Assembly: GCA_001777515.1 (NCBI GenBank)
Contig: MFEF01000003.1
Span: 53,423-117,422, forward strand
DNA: 64,000 nucleotides
DNA from: Candidatus Doudnabacteria bacterium RIFCSPHIGHO2_01_48_18
GTDB taxonomy: Bacteria > Patescibacteriota > Doudnabacteria > UBA920 > 2-01-FULL-46-14
Reading direction: 5' to 3'
Positions 46,030-56,741 of this stretch are shown here, in pieces. Within the stretch, counting starts at the first letter, position 1, and each line of letters opens with the position of its first letter. The position numbers and the translations under genes are program-made. The notes under the pieces are model-generated. The model was not told the origin of the DNA, searched no databases, and saw only the letters and a list, made by a program, of their open reading frames with translations.

Positions 46030-47397
46030 TTAACATTTCAGCTGCTTAATGCGCGAATCAATAAACCCGTTGAGTGATTCATCATTGACCCCAATCTGGT
46101 CTCGTATATTTTTTACAGCTGTATTATCAAAAGCAAGATTTGTGTCTTTTCCGTAAAATCTTTTGTCAGACAGAAGCGCATCGCAAACAATACTGGCTAA
46201 AAGCGCGTTACCTTTGGGATTTAGGTGGATCTTATCAATGAATAAATCCCGGCGCGACTGGCCGCGCTGCTTGCTCATTTCCGTTTCCACATCGATACAA
46301 GGGATAATCGCGTGTGCTGCGAGCAGAGTCTCGCGCAGCCGTTGCCTGGAGGCTGCCTGGTAATCCGCATAAATCTCGGTGAGCTTCGTAGATTTGATAT
46401 ATAGCTGGCGTTCTGCCGGGGAATCTTCCATACTCACGAGACCCGGGGCGTTAACCGTATAGAGTTTAATGTTGTTTGACTGCGCTCTTTGCGCAAAATT
46501 TATCATGTTGTCGAACCAGTTTTGTAAATACTCCGTTCTTTTCAAACATTGCCAGCGATCTGGGTTGTTGAAATCCATGTTTTTTTTGAAACGATGGTCA
46601 TAATAATAGCTGGCCGCTAAAAAGTGCAGAAACAGCGAAGCGGTACTAGAAAGAATGCTCCCCACCCTCGCATACATGGTTTTCATTTCCACTGCACCCA
46701 GCAGCTGTTTTGGCTGCCAGTTCCGCCCCAAATTTTGCGCACTAAACCAAAACTCCTCATTCCAGCCCTGATTGAGCAAGACGATGTCTGGTTGGTAATT
46801 TATAATTTCTCTTTCAAAGCGCAGCCACTCTTGATACGAAGACCATGCGCCAACGCCGGCATTGATAACCTCCGCGTTGACGCCTCGTCCGCGAAGCTCT
46901 TTTTCTAAAACCGCAGGCCAGGCCTCGTCATTGCCGACCATCGCGCAAGCCGTTGTAGAATCTCCGCTAGCAAAAATGCGGATCATATTTGGGTCTTTTT
47001 TTTGCAGAGAAAATTCTGGGCCGCGGAAACCTAACGAGTTGATATCAAAATCCACACGGCCAGCGATATTTTCTTTTAAATCCACGCTCGGCTCAACGCC
47101 GGCACGAAACGCAAATTTATCGAAAATCGGAAATGGAATTTTTTTGCTTTCTGAGTTTTTCCGAAACGCAAACCCATACACTGGATGATCGACCATTAGA
47201 TAATTGAAAATCGCATATCTGTAGTATTTGCCGAACTTTTTCCGCATCCATAACCGGAGACCTGTTTCATAGACTCCCAAAGGAATAAAGAAATAGAGCA
47301 GGCCCCAGCCGCGCGGCTGAAAAACCGCAGCCAAAAAAACTGCGTACCCAGCGTACAAAACCAGAGTCAGAATCATCAGCCGCGGCCGATTTTTCAT
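46030..47397 (-). CDS. Membrane-anchored SGNH/GDSL hydrolase-family protein
   Basis: GDSL block ASGDSTTAC and N-terminal TM helices; 455 aa. Confidence 0.6.
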   Translation of the reverse strand: MKNRPRLMILTLVLYAGYAVFLAAVFQPRGWGLLYFFIPLGVYETGLRLWMRKKFGKYYRYAIFNYLMVDHPVYGFAFRKNSESKKIPFPIFDKFAFRAGVEPSVDLKENIAGRVDFDINSLGFRGPEFSLQKKDPNMIRIFASGDSTTACAMVGNDEAWPAVLEKELRGRGVNAEVINAGVGAWSSYQEWLRFEREIINYQPDIVLLNQGWNEEFWFSAQNLGRNWQPKQLLGAVEMKTMYARVGSILSSTASLFLHFLAASYYYDHRFKKNMDFNNPDRWQCLKRTEYLQNWFDNMINFAQRAQSNNIKLYTVNAPGLVSMEDSPAERQLYIKSTKLTEIYADYQAASRQRLRETLLAAHAIIPCIDVETEMSKQRGQSRRDLFIDKIHLNPKGNALLASIVCDALLSDKRFYGKDTNLAFDNTAVKNIRDQIGVNDESLNGFIDSRIKQLKC

Positions 47398-48263
47398 TTC
47401 CTTCGCAGTTTTTTCTTAACTGGAATCTCACTTTCAAAAACCCGTTTGACTCCATCGCCCTTAGCCTTCTCCCAAACGCGAATATCACGCACCAGCAGCT
47501 GAAGACCCTTTGGCTCCATACTCGCGGCATGGTCCGAGCCCCACATCGCGCGATCTAGAGTAATGTGCCTTTCGACGATGGCCGCGCCAAGCACTACAGA
47601 CATAACCGAGGTGGCGAGCGCGATCTCGTGTCCGCTATAGCCCACTGGTACGTCCGGATATTTTTCCTTCAGCGTTTTGATCATTAAAAGATTCAGCTCC
47701 TTTATATCCGAAGGATAAGTAGAGTTTGTGTGCATAAGGATCAAATTGTCCTGCCCCAAAACTTCCACTGCGTGTTCCACCTCTTGCATAGTGCTCATGC
47801 CCGTCGAAAGGATAACCGGTTTCCCTTTAGACCTCGTGTGTCTCAAAAGTCCGTCATCTGTGAGACTGGCTGACGCGATTTTATAACACGGCGGGTTGAA
47901 AGCATCGATAAAATCCACACTTCCTTCATCCCAGCATGACGCAAACCACATGATCCCCTTCTCTTTACAATAGCGGTCAATTTCTTGGTAGTCTTTTTGC
48001 CCAAATTCCAATCCGCGCTTGAGATCGCCATTGGTTGGCCCAAAAGGATTCTCACGCGGTTTGGCAAGCTCTTCGACTGTATAAACCACATCCACGGTGC
48101 GTTTCTGAAATTTGACCGCGTCCGCGCCGGCTTCGACTGAAGCGTCGATCAATTTCTTTGCGATTTCCATATCGCCGTTATGATTAATGCCGATTTCCGC
48201 AACAACGAAAACGGGTTGCTCGTCGCCAATCAATTTATTTCCAATTTTTACTGTTTTTGACAT
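47394..48263 (-). CDS. NeuB-family ulosonic/nonulosonic acid synthase (TIM-barrel only, no SAF domain)
   Basis: PVFVVAEIGINHNGDMEIAKKLIDASVEAGADAVKFQ signature. Confidence 0.85.
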   Translation of the reverse strand: MSKTVKIGNKLIGDEQPVFVVAEIGINHNGDMEIAKKLIDASVEAGADAVKFQKRTVDVVYTVEELAKPRENPFGPTNGDLKRGLEFGQKDYQEIDRYCKEKGIMWFASCWDEGSVDFIDAFNPPCYKIASASLTDDGLLRHTRSKGKPVILSTGMSTMQEVEHAVEVLGQDNLILMHTNSTYPSDIKELNLLMIKTLKEKYPDVPVGYSGHEIALATSVMSVVLGAAIVERHITLDRAMWGSDHAASMEPKGLQLLVRDIRVWEKAKGDGVKRVFESEIPVKKKLRRK

Positions 48264-48273
48264 AATAATCTAT

Positions 48274-48828
48274 TTAATTGTTAGTCTTTAGTAATTCCCA
48301 GATGCAATGCAATATCACCATATGTACCTCCTGCACTCGCTGGGTACTATCTGAAGGGACGCTAAAATATAAATCACTGTTTTTTACTGTTTCATTAACA
48401 GAGCTACCGACCAGCGCGATTATTTTCATTTTCTTTTGTCTGGCCTCATCAATTGCCGCCAAAATGTTCGGAGATTTGCCGCTCGTGGAAATCGCCACCA
48501 AAATATCACCTTCCCGCCCTAGTCCCTCGATCTGGCCGGCGAATACGGATTCAAAACTATAGTCATTTGAGAGTGCGGTAACCACAGATGTGTCAGAATT
48601 CAAAGCTATAGCCGGCAGTGCGGGCTGTCCCGCATTGTGACGAGCGACAAATTCGGCCACAAAATGCTGAGCATCGGCCGCGCTCCCGCCATTGCCGCAA
48701 GCTAGGATCTTCCCCCCTGCCTTGAAGCTTTCCGCAATCAAATTTGCGGCAGTAATAATCTTTTCAGTTTCAGTTTCGGCAAGCTTTGCCAATATTCCGC
48801 TCGTCTCAAGAAAATTATCTTTGGTCAT
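48274..48828 (-). CDS. SIS-domain sugar-phosphate isomerase (GmhA/KpsF-like)
   Basis: 184 aa with the SIS motif ILACGNGGSAADAQH. Confidence 0.85.
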   Translation of the reverse strand: MTKDNFLETSGILAKLAETETEKIITAANLIAESFKAGGKILACGNGGSAADAQHFVAEFVARHNAGQPALPAIALNSDTSVVTALSNDYSFESVFAGQIEGLGREGDILVAISTSGKSPNILAAIDEARQKKMKIIALVGSSVNETVKNSDLYFSVPSDSTQRVQEVHMVILHCIWELLKTNN

Positions 48829-50002
48829 GATGTTTGAGGATTAATTCACAAATTTCTCTAACGGCGCCGTGGCCGCCAGTGCGACGTAAAACATAGTCAG
48901 CTTGTTTTAAAACTTCCGGGTGCGAATCAGCGGGCGCAGCTGCAAAACCCACTAACCGAAAGCATTCCAAATCATTTACATCATTTCCAACATATACAAC
49001 ATTTTTCGGGTCAATTCGTTGCTTTTTCAAATATTTTTCCAAATACTCTTTTTTGTCGCCGACACCCTGATGGCAGTCTAGCTTGAGTTTTTTGCACCTT
49101 GCAGCGACGACAGGGTGAGCCTCAGTTGATAGAACCATTGCCGGGATCCTGGCTTTGCGCAGCATGCTCAGTCCCAGGCTGTCAGTGCGGTCATTTGAGA
49201 CAAACTCGTTACCGCGCGCGTCACTTTTGACTTTGTTGTCAGTAAATACTCCATCGAAATCAAAAACTGTCAGTTTCACGTTATTTGGCAACCGCGACTG
49301 GTCCTCGGGCTTGGTCAAAGCCATAACTGCTTCAACAAGTTTGATGTCATCTTTTTCATCAATCTGGAACGAATGAAAAATATCCATTTCATAAATCGCG
49401 ATCTTTCCGCCAAGACGGTTGTTATACTTGCGAAGTATCTCAGGCTTAACAACATAAATCGACCCGTTTTCACGGTATTGCAACCCCATATCCTGTTCCC
49501 GCTTCCGAGTGCGGTAATCGTAATTGCCGGAGTGGATTTGTTTGCCATTTACTATCCACATCAGCCCTTTATCGCGGCAAACTGAAAACAATGAATCAGC
49601 TTTCTCACGAATGAGTGTTTCGATTGCCTGATCGATATCATTTTTTTTACGCAAAGGTGATGTGGCCTGCAAAAAAACAACCAGATCGGGATCGCTTTGT
49701 TTGTTCCCGCGCAAAAAATCCAGAACGTGAAGCAATGCTGATTCGCTCGTTGCTTTGTCGCTTGCCAAACTCTTTGGACGCTTCACCACCTCCGCGCCGT
49801 AAGCCTTGGCAACTCTGGCAATCTTCGCATCCTCAGTGGAAACAAACACCCGATTAACGTATTGGGAATTTCTAGCTTGGAGTACGCTGTGCGCGAGTAA
49901 AGGCAATCCCCCCAGCTCCGTAATATTTTTTCCAAAAATTCTTTTTGAGCCGCCGCGCGCCGGAATGATGGCAATGATATTTTTTACTTTTGTCTTTACC
50001 AT
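48815..50002 (-). CDS. Bifunctional CMP-ulosonic-acid cytidylyltransferase (NeuA/KdsB-like) fused to a KdsC-like HAD phosphatase
   Basis: N-terminal IIAIIPARGGSKRIFGKN; C-terminal HAD motifs FDFDGVFTD and GND. Confidence 0.8.
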   Translation of the reverse strand: MVKTKVKNIIAIIPARGGSKRIFGKNITELGGLPLLAHSVLQARNSQYVNRVFVSTEDAKIARVAKAYGAEVVKRPKSLASDKATSESALLHVLDFLRGNKQSDPDLVVFLQATSPLRKKNDIDQAIETLIREKADSLFSVCRDKGLMWIVNGKQIHSGNYDYRTRKREQDMGLQYRENGSIYVVKPEILRKYNNRLGGKIAIYEMDIFHSFQIDEKDDIKLVEAVMALTKPEDQSRLPNNVKLTVFDFDGVFTDNKVKSDARGNEFVSNDRTDSLGLSMLRKARIPAMVLSTEAHPVVAARCKKLKLDCHQGVGDKKEYLEKYLKKQRIDPKNVVYVGNDVNDLECFRLVGFAAAPADSHPEVLKQADYVLRRTGGHGAVREICELILKHHDQR

Positions 50003-50835
50003 ATTGTTCGCCCTCCATCGACAACAAGGTTTGCGCCGGTCATGTACTCTGACGCATCCGACGACAGAAAGGCTATCGCGGCTTTATATTCATCCGTATG
50101 AGCCATGCGATGAAGCGGAACATGCCTTGCCAATTTCTTAACAAAATCTCGCGGCTGATTGGTATATACTCCTCCGGGACTGATCGCGTTAACCCGCACC
50201 CCAGACTCTGCCCAATAGCTGGCCAAGTACTTTGTGAGGCCAAGCATTCCGTGTTTGATCACCGAATAGGTCACCGGCTTCACCGGCTGCTGTTCTGGCG
50301 GCAGTCCCTCTTTGCGATAAATCCGCTGATCAGGAGCGATAATGCCCAAATCAGAAGCAATGTTTACAATCACGCCTTTTTTTTGCGTGGCCATTTGACT
50401 GCCAAACACCTGCGACGCCAGAAAAGCGCCGGTTAAACCAACCGCAACATCGTCCTCCCACGCGGACAGAGGAAAATTCTCCAAGCGCGACCAGTTCTGG
50501 GAAAATCCACCCGCGCTCACTGCCGGATTGTTAGCTGCGTTATTGACCAGCACATCAATGTGTCCAAATTTTTTCAAAATGATTTTCAAGGTTTTTTCCA
50601 GCTCAGATTTTTGGGTAATATCACATTTTAGACCGATGGCCTTTACTTTATATTTTCTTGCAATCGCCGCAGCGATTTTTTGGACCGCAGGTTTTCTATC
50701 AAGCAAAACAATATTGGCCCCGAACTCCGCAAGGCTTTCTGCGTGCTTTGGTCCCAGCAGCCCGGCCGCGCCAGTGATCACCGCAACCCGGCCTTTCATA
50801 TCAAACATTTTGCTGACAAGCGTGCTTTTTTTCAT
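49996..50835 (-). CDS. Short-chain dehydrogenase/reductase (SDR)
   Basis: TGAAGLLG Rossmann fold and a YxxxK catalytic pair. Confidence 0.85.
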   Translation of the reverse strand: MKKSTLVSKMFDMKGRVAVITGAAGLLGPKHAESLAEFGANIVLLDRKPAVQKIAAAIARKYKVKAIGLKCDITQKSELEKTLKIILKKFGHIDVLVNNAANNPAVSAGGFSQNWSRLENFPLSAWEDDVAVGLTGAFLASQVFGSQMATQKKGVIVNIASDLGIIAPDQRIYRKEGLPPEQQPVKPVTYSVIKHGMLGLTKYLASYWAESGVRVNAISPGGVYTNQPRDFVKKLARHVPLHRMAHTDEYKAAIAFLSSDASEYMTGANLVVDGGRTIW

Positions 50836-51662
50836 AAATATTTTTTCAAAAAATCGAGATGTGATCGAGTTGTCTCAAGCTCTCTGCCTCTCTCTCCGCG
50901 TGCTATCTGCAAAGTGTAAGGTCCAGTATAGCCTGCCTGTTTCAGCGCAGAAAAAGTTTCACCAAATTTGGCATTGCCGGTGCCGAGAGGGACTGTACTG
51001 CCGCCCAAACTGCGGTCTTTGACATGGACATTGCTCAAATATTTTCCAATCATGCTAATTTCTTCGGTGGTATTATAACCTAAGGAGGCGCTATTGCCGA
51101 TGTCGTAAACAACCCTGGCATTCGGATGATCGAGCTTGCGCATAAATTCTACAAATCTCTCCGGCTCAAGCGAAGTTTCAAAAGCAAGGACGAGGTTATT
51201 TTCTGCTGCCACAGGCAGCGCATCTTTCATTATCTTAATTACCGCTTGCATTTCTTCTTCTGTTTCAATGCGGGAGTTGTCAAGCAGCGGGATTTCGATG
51301 CTGTTTGCCCCAATCTCCGCTGAGTGTAAAATAAGTTGCTTTAGTATAGAGACACTCTGTTCGCATTCTTCGTCCGGAACGCGAAAAAAAGGATGTTCCA
51401 TAAAATAATCCGCGCAAACCTGATCAACGCGAATCCTGCTTTGTTCCGCGAGCCGTCGGATATGAGCGCGCCCTTCTGCTGTCCAAAGAGGATTTTTTTC
51501 AATCGGATCCTCAAAAATCCATTCAATCGCCGTCAGACCAAGGGTACTGGCCGATTCAAATTCCTTTTCCCAAGCTTCCTTTGGAAAAGCTTGGATACGG
51601 TCGCCGACCGGCTCAGATAGCCGGCCTTGGATTATCCCAATAGCTGTCATATAACTGTCCAT
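50832..51662 (-). CDS. Xylose-isomerase-like TIM-barrel sugar-phosphate isomerase/epimerase
   Basis: 276 aa with AP-endo2/XI-like TIM-barrel metal-binding pattern. Confidence 0.65.
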   Translation of the reverse strand: MDSYMTAIGIIQGRLSEPVGDRIQAFPKEAWEKEFESASTLGLTAIEWIFEDPIEKNPLWTAEGRAHIRRLAEQSRIRVDQVCADYFMEHPFFRVPDEECEQSVSILKQLILHSAEIGANSIEIPLLDNSRIETEEEMQAVIKIMKDALPVAAENNLVLAFETSLEPERFVEFMRKLDHPNARVVYDIGNSASLGYNTTEEISMIGKYLSNVHVKDRSLGGSTVPLGTGNAKFGETFSALKQAGYTGPYTLQIARGERGRELETTRSHLDFLKKYL

Positions 51663-52495
51663 CCTCCATCGATCATAATAGTTTGTCCGGTCATATAGCT
51701 TGATGCGTCAGATGCTAAAAACAGCATGGCGCCGATTAAATCGCGGGGGTGCCCGGTACGTCCGAGCAAAGTTTTTTCTCGGATACGGTTTAAAAAAGGA
51801 TCGTCAGCCTGTACGCTGTTTGCGGTAACTGTTTCGAGGTTGGAAAAGGCGCCGGGGCTGATGCTGTTGCACCTCACACCCTCTTCTGCCCAAAACGCTG
51901 CTGTATATCTAGTAAGTGCTTGAATGCCCGCTTTGAAAACACTGTAGGTCGGCGGATTAAATTTGGCTGTACCCCTATATAGGTCCGGATTGGGCGAAAC
52001 ATGCCCATACATGGAACAGATATTGATAATGCTTCCTGTTTTGCGTTTTCGCATCTGCTGACCGACAATTTGCGTGGCCGCGACTGCCCAGTAAATTCCC
52101 GATTCAAACGCAGCTTGCCACTGCTCAAAGGTTGAGCTTTCAAATCTTCCGCTCGGCGTATTGAATCCGGTTTTGGAACTGAAATCAAAAGCATTGTTGA
52201 CGAGCGCGTCTATTTTGAACTGTTTAACTGCGTTTTTGAGCGCTCCTATCAATTTTTTGCGGTCATAAAAATCAACGCGGAAAGCGTGCACGCGGTTTTT
52301 ACCGTATTTTTTTTGCAAATCGCGTGCCTGCTCTTTGAGCTTTTCAGAACGACCCATGAGCACAACTTTTTTGGCGCCAGCTTCCAAAAACCCTTCTGTA
52401 ATGTAACGTCCGAAAAAACCAGTTGCCCCGGTAATCAGAATCGTCTTCCCCTCGACATTCATTTTTTGCGTAACGCTAGACATATTTTTTATCAT
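51647..52495 (-). CDS. Short-chain dehydrogenase/reductase (SDR)
   Basis: TGATGFFG motif plus catalytic YxxxK. Confidence 0.85.
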   Translation of the reverse strand: MIKNMSSVTQKMNVEGKTILITGATGFFGRYITEGFLEAGAKKVVLMGRSEKLKEQARDLQKKYGKNRVHAFRVDFYDRKKLIGALKNAVKQFKIDALVNNAFDFSSKTGFNTPSGRFESSTFEQWQAAFESGIYWAVAATQIVGQQMRKRKTGSIINICSMYGHVSPNPDLYRGTAKFNPPTYSVFKAGIQALTRYTAAFWAEEGVRCNSISPGAFSNLETVTANSVQADDPFLNRIREKTLLGRTGHPRDLIGAMLFLASDASSYMTGQTIMIDGGWTVI

Positions 52496-53756
52496 GAATG
52501 ATCCCGATGATCTCCTGCTCCGCCCTGCTGCTGGCGGTTCCGCTGCTGTCTCCGATCAATGTAATCAAAAATCTTTCGCGGGCCGCAGGGTTCGCGATCG
52601 GCTTGTTCGCTAATAAAACCTGTTCCAAGTCCTCCTCTGTTTTAACATAATTTATCAATTCCTCAAAGCCATTCATGAAATCCCAGGATTGGTCAATAGC
52701 CAGTTCCCGGAAATCTGGCCTGATAATTGGCCTCCCCGCTGCGATCGCCTCTATTAGAACTGTTGAATCAAAACCGATAACCGCGTCTGAATCCACGATG
52801 AGGTCGGCGGTGCTGGCAAATTTGGTAATCAAAAGATTAGATAAGGAGCTCGGATATTTTTCGCGGTAAATATTATAGACATAGTCGAAATAGTGCTGTG
52901 CTGCCTTAGTTTTGAAAATAATACTAAATTCCTTATGTTTGGCCGCGAAATCCATTACGTAGCCGTGGAATGACTCGTAAAATTTCTTAATCTCTGTGAT
53001 TTTTTTCTCATCTTTAATGGTTACCAAAAATTTATCCTGAGGGAAAAAACAAAAGAAAGCGATTTGTTTGGATTTCGGCGCTCTCTTGTTTAAAAAATAA
53101 AAATCAAGCCGCGGCACGCCGACCACCGCAGTTTTTTCGATACCGAGACCGCTAATTCGTTTTACGAGTTCGTCTCTGATTTTTTGGTTGTAAAATAATA
53201 TTTTTGTTCCTTGAAATTTATAATTACGGTATGTGTCTAAAATGCCGCCATAGACATCCAGGGCCTCCTTATGAAGCACGATGAATGGTATATGCGACTT
53301 TTCAGCAGCGGTAATGATTTCCTGCTGGACTACATAGCTCAAGTGCCCGGACATGATCGCCTGAATACCCAGCCTGGCTTGGAGTTTTGGCAAAAGCCTC
53401 GTCAAAAAATCATAATATCGCCCCCGACCTTCTTTTCCTTCACTGGTGGTGAGATAGTTGGCCTCGGTGATCAGTTTTCGCTGCAGCGGCGGAACAAAAT
53501 AACTTAATATAGACTCAAAATACTGCAAATGAATGACTAAATATTGGATTTTTCCGGAATATTTCGCCATTGCTTTAACGTCATCCACAAAAATAGTGCG
53601 GCCGAGGCACAGCACTCGAAACTCGCCTTGGCCGATACGCCACGCTACGAATGACATGGCCGCCGCGGCAAGGTCCGCATTGTTAATCAGCAGCGCGAAT
53701 CGCAACAAGCTAAAACCAAAAGCTGTTTTGAATTTAGAGATAATTTTTTTGATCAT
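52476..53756 (-). CDS. GT-B-fold transferase-like protein (TagF/KpsS-like; capsule/teichoic-type polyol- or Kdo-transferase family)
   Basis: The C-terminal ADLIVDSDAVIGFDSTVLIEAIAAGRPII resembles the TagF/Capsule_synth C-terminal half. Assignment is tentative. Confidence 0.4.
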   Translation of the reverse strand: MIKKIISKFKTAFGFSLLRFALLINNADLAAAAMSFVAWRIGQGEFRVLCLGRTIFVDDVKAMAKYSGKIQYLVIHLQYFESILSYFVPPLQRKLITEANYLTTSEGKEGRGRYYDFLTRLLPKLQARLGIQAIMSGHLSYVVQQEIITAAEKSHIPFIVLHKEALDVYGGILDTYRNYKFQGTKILFYNQKIRDELVKRISGLGIEKTAVVGVPRLDFYFLNKRAPKSKQIAFFCFFPQDKFLVTIKDEKKITEIKKFYESFHGYVMDFAAKHKEFSIIFKTKAAQHYFDYVYNIYREKYPSSLSNLLITKFASTADLIVDSDAVIGFDSTVLIEAIAAGRPIIRPDFRELAIDQSWDFMNGFEELINYVKTEEDLEQVLLANKPIANPAARERFLITLIGDSSGTASSRAEQEIIGIIHDKKYV

Positions 53757-54448
53757 AGAGTAATGATCCTTGTACCTGGCGGTGCAGATAAATTAAAAAT
53801 GCTTGAATGCTTCTCTGTTTTCTCGCTCGCTTTGATAAAAGCACGGCGGTTCAAACTGCGGATATTGCAAGTCAGGTATTCTATCCTGCTCAGCGCCCAT
53901 GCCAGCAGCCGAAAAAGGCGCATCCCCGCGATCGGATGCGACCCCAGATTACCATTTCTTTCAAAAATCCACTCATAGATTCGGCTCAAAGGATTGCGAT
54001 AATAAATAACATCGATGGCGGAAAAATGCGCTTTAATAATAGCAAGCAGCGTATCAAACCCTGGGTCGAGGATCAACTCGCACAAAAATCTACCGTCTGG
54101 TCTGCAGATTCGAATCAATTCAGACAGCGCCCGGGACCTGCGATCCGGCGGTAGCTGATACAGAGTATTGGTTGAAACTACGATGTCGATGCTACCATCA
54201 GCAACACCCTTTAGATTCGCCATATCGGCTTGAATGCCAAAAGTATTTGGGTCCTGGTATTTAGCGAGTCCCTGCTTTAGCAATTCCAAATCATAGTCCA
54301 GCCCATAATAATACTTTGTTTTAAACATTTTGCGGTTCTTGAAATTGGCAGAGGCCGCGTCCAGGCCAATCTCGCCGCTCGCCAAAGACAGCTCTTTTTC
54401 CAAGAGGTCATAGAGAAATGTTTTCGATGGCCTGACCATGAGGTTCAT
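53753..54448 (-). CDS. Class I SAM-dependent methyltransferase. Start set at 54448 (MNLMVRP), giving a 4-bp overlap with the upstream GT2.
   Basis: Methyltransferase type 11-like motifs; the longer ORF-track start would overlap the GT2 gene by 97 nt. Confidence 0.7.
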   Translation of the reverse strand: MNLMVRPSKTFLYDLLEKELSLASGEIGLDAASANFKNRKMFKTKYYYGLDYDLELLKQGLAKYQDPNTFGIQADMANLKGVADGSIDIVVSTNTLYQLPPDRRSRALSELIRICRPDGRFLCELILDPGFDTLLAIIKAHFSAIDVIYYRNPLSRIYEWIFERNGNLGSHPIAGMRLFRLLAWALSRIEYLTCNIRSLNRRAFIKASEKTEKHSSIFNLSAPPGTRIITL

Positions 54449-55230
54449 GAGATTATTCTGTGGAGTACTTTTAATACTGCCAAGGGAAATACTGCGCTCT
54501 TGTTGCCGCTTTTCTTGCGATAGTGGTAAATCTTGAGCCAATTCTTTATTTTTTGTTTAAATGACATGCGTGATGAATATTTTCTGACGAATTGATAAAT
54601 TCCTTCCGCCATTTTCGCATGATTGGTCAAACGCACCCCGCTATGGTCCCGCCATAAAACTTGATTGTCTGGAAGCGTTCCAACCGGAATAGCCGCCAAT
54701 AAAAGCTCCAGCACCAGGCTCTTGTCCTCTGAGGGCGGCAGTTTCGGATCAAAGCCTTTGGCTTCAAAAAAAATCTTTTTGGCAATGACAATATTTGATC
54801 CGGTAATGCCCGGGTTGAAAGCCAGTAGATTTTCCACAGTAAGCTTGCTGTCGGGATTTTTGAACTGTTCAATTTTTTCTCCGCGCAGCGCATCGAGCCT
54901 GGAAAGCACGCACACTGCTCCCCTGTCACACAGCTCACCGGCATTTGCTAGATAATCCCTGTTCCACAGATCATCATCATCCAGAAACGCCAGATAATCC
55001 CCGGCCGCTACCGCCGCGCCAAAATTTCTGGCTTGCGCTGCGCCAGCGTACGGCACAATGTCATAAACAGTAACCCGGCTCGCGAATTCTGATTCTAACT
55101 TTAGAGGCAGTTTGCCGTTATTTACAACGATGACCTCATCCGGCTTTCTGCTCTGCGCAAACACAGACCGCAGGGTTTCCGGCAGATATTCTGGCCTGTC
55201 ACAGGTTGGAATAATCACGCTGATTTTCAT
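54445..55230 (-). CDS. Family 2 glycosyltransferase
   Basis: ISVIIPTCDRPEYLPETLRSV and DDDD motifs. Confidence 0.85.
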   Translation of the reverse strand: MKISVIIPTCDRPEYLPETLRSVFAQSRKPDEVIVVNNGKLPLKLESEFASRVTVYDIVPYAGAAQARNFGAAVAAGDYLAFLDDDDLWNRDYLANAGELCDRGAVCVLSRLDALRGEKIEQFKNPDSKLTVENLLAFNPGITGSNIVIAKKIFFEAKGFDPKLPPSEDKSLVLELLLAAIPVGTLPDNQVLWRDHSGVRLTNHAKMAEGIYQFVRKYSSRMSFKQKIKNWLKIYHYRKKSGNKSAVFPLAVLKVLHRIIS

Positions 55231-56741
55231 ACGAGCCTTTCCAATTGTTTTTGATAAGCTGCCCAGAGCTTTTCCATGTTATCCTTTTCCGAACGCTCCC
55301 AGACACCCCAGTAATTAAAATCAAATCCTTCGTCAAACGCCGCGGCGACATAGTTCTCCAAGCGCTGTTCATATTCCTGCGTTTTCAGGTTTAGTCTCAG
55401 CAGTTCTTTGATTCTGGGAGCCAGAACGGTCATATCCGAATGCTTAAACGTGTTGGGCAGCATGAGAGTAGTGCCAAGATTCCCCAACTGAACTGCGGGC
55501 TTATGATAAAAAGCCGCTTCCGCGAGCGTTGTGCAGCTTGGGCCAACGACAGCAGCCGCGCCACGCAGCACTTTTTCGCTAGGGATCCGCCAATCAATGA
55601 GCTTCACGTTTGGAGTCCTGGCAATCTTTTCAATGTACGACGGTGGCCGCTTGCCAATCATCCACGGATGCTCTTTGACAACCAGCGTATAGTCATCTGG
55701 CAGTGACATCGCGACCAGTCTTGCTGTTTCAATCTGGTTTGCAAAAAACGGAGCGCGCACGTCAATCGTAGTTTCCGGCTGAGACTGCAACGGGAAATAG
55801 ATATATTTATCGAGCTTCTCCAGCGGATAAAAAACGAAGTTTTTCATAAATTTCGTGTAGCGTTTGCGGGCGTAATGATCGCGCAGTTTTATCCAGGGCG
55901 GCCTATAATCAATCGTCGGGCCAAGGTTTGGCAGATAATCAATTTTTCGTTTCGGATCAAGCAGCCAGCGGAGAGAATAATAATAAGGAGAAAGCTCTTG
56001 TTTGATCCTCGCAAGCCACGAGTGTTTTTTGTACAGGTGATCGGAATACACGGGACGTTTAAATTTTTCCCGAAACTCGGCAATATACTGCCTGGCGCGT
56101 TCTTGATTTTTGCTTACGACTTTCCCGGTGTTGAGCTCGGCTAAGCGCTCAAAAAATGTGCCGGTGTCTTCCTGCTGATTGTGCACGAAGATGCCGATAC
56201 CGTGAACCTTGCTATCAGAAACTGCGAGCATCTTGATGCCATGCTTTACCGCATAACGGTCAAACATCAGATGCGGCAAAGACACAAAATTGGGCAGAAC
56301 CACGATGTCTGGCTTGAATTCATTATGGATTGTTGCGATGAGTTTGTATAAGGCTTTCACGTAAGCAATAATTTCTTCATCACTGACATTCTGTTTGAAG
56401 CTATAGTAATATTTTTCGCCGTATGTGCGTATATGATGGCGCAGGGACATTACCATGGGCCAGATAGAATCAACTCCCAACGCCTCACAAATCTCCTCCA
56501 GCGTGAACTCTGTCCCATCAAGGTAGCCGCGTGGATTGCCCCGCACCTCGTCAATGCTGTATATTTTTTCATAACGAATATCTTTTTGTTTCAGCAAGAA
56601 ATCGTGAGCGCTGCGCTTTTGCGTCAGCGCGGCTAGCACCGCATTTTCGTCCTGAAGCTTGCGCGCCAGAAAATTGCCGATGCGCTTGCTCCATCCGCGT
56701 TGTTGGAAGATTAAAATTTTCTTGCCGGAAAATTTGCTCAT
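55227..56741 (-). CDS. Capsule-polysaccharide-biosynthesis-family protein (KpsC/KpsS-like beta-Kdo-transferase family)
   Basis: 504 aa with a VVKEHPW ... GPSCTTLAEAAFYHKPAV C-terminal pattern resembling Capsule_synth. Tentative. Confidence 0.4.
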   Translation of the reverse strand: MSKFSGKKILIFQQRGWSKRIGNFLARKLQDENAVLAALTQKRSAHDFLLKQKDIRYEKIYSIDEVRGNPRGYLDGTEFTLEEICEALGVDSIWPMVMSLRHHIRTYGEKYYYSFKQNVSDEEIIAYVKALYKLIATIHNEFKPDIVVLPNFVSLPHLMFDRYAVKHGIKMLAVSDSKVHGIGIFVHNQQEDTGTFFERLAELNTGKVVSKNQERARQYIAEFREKFKRPVYSDHLYKKHSWLARIKQELSPYYYSLRWLLDPKRKIDYLPNLGPTIDYRPPWIKLRDHYARKRYTKFMKNFVFYPLEKLDKYIYFPLQSQPETTIDVRAPFFANQIETARLVAMSLPDDYTLVVKEHPWMIGKRPPSYIEKIARTPNVKLIDWRIPSEKVLRGAAAVVGPSCTTLAEAAFYHKPAVQLGNLGTTLMLPNTFKHSDMTVLAPRIKELLRLNLKTQEYEQRLENYVAAAFDEGFDFNYWGVWERSEKDNMEKLWAAYQKQLERLV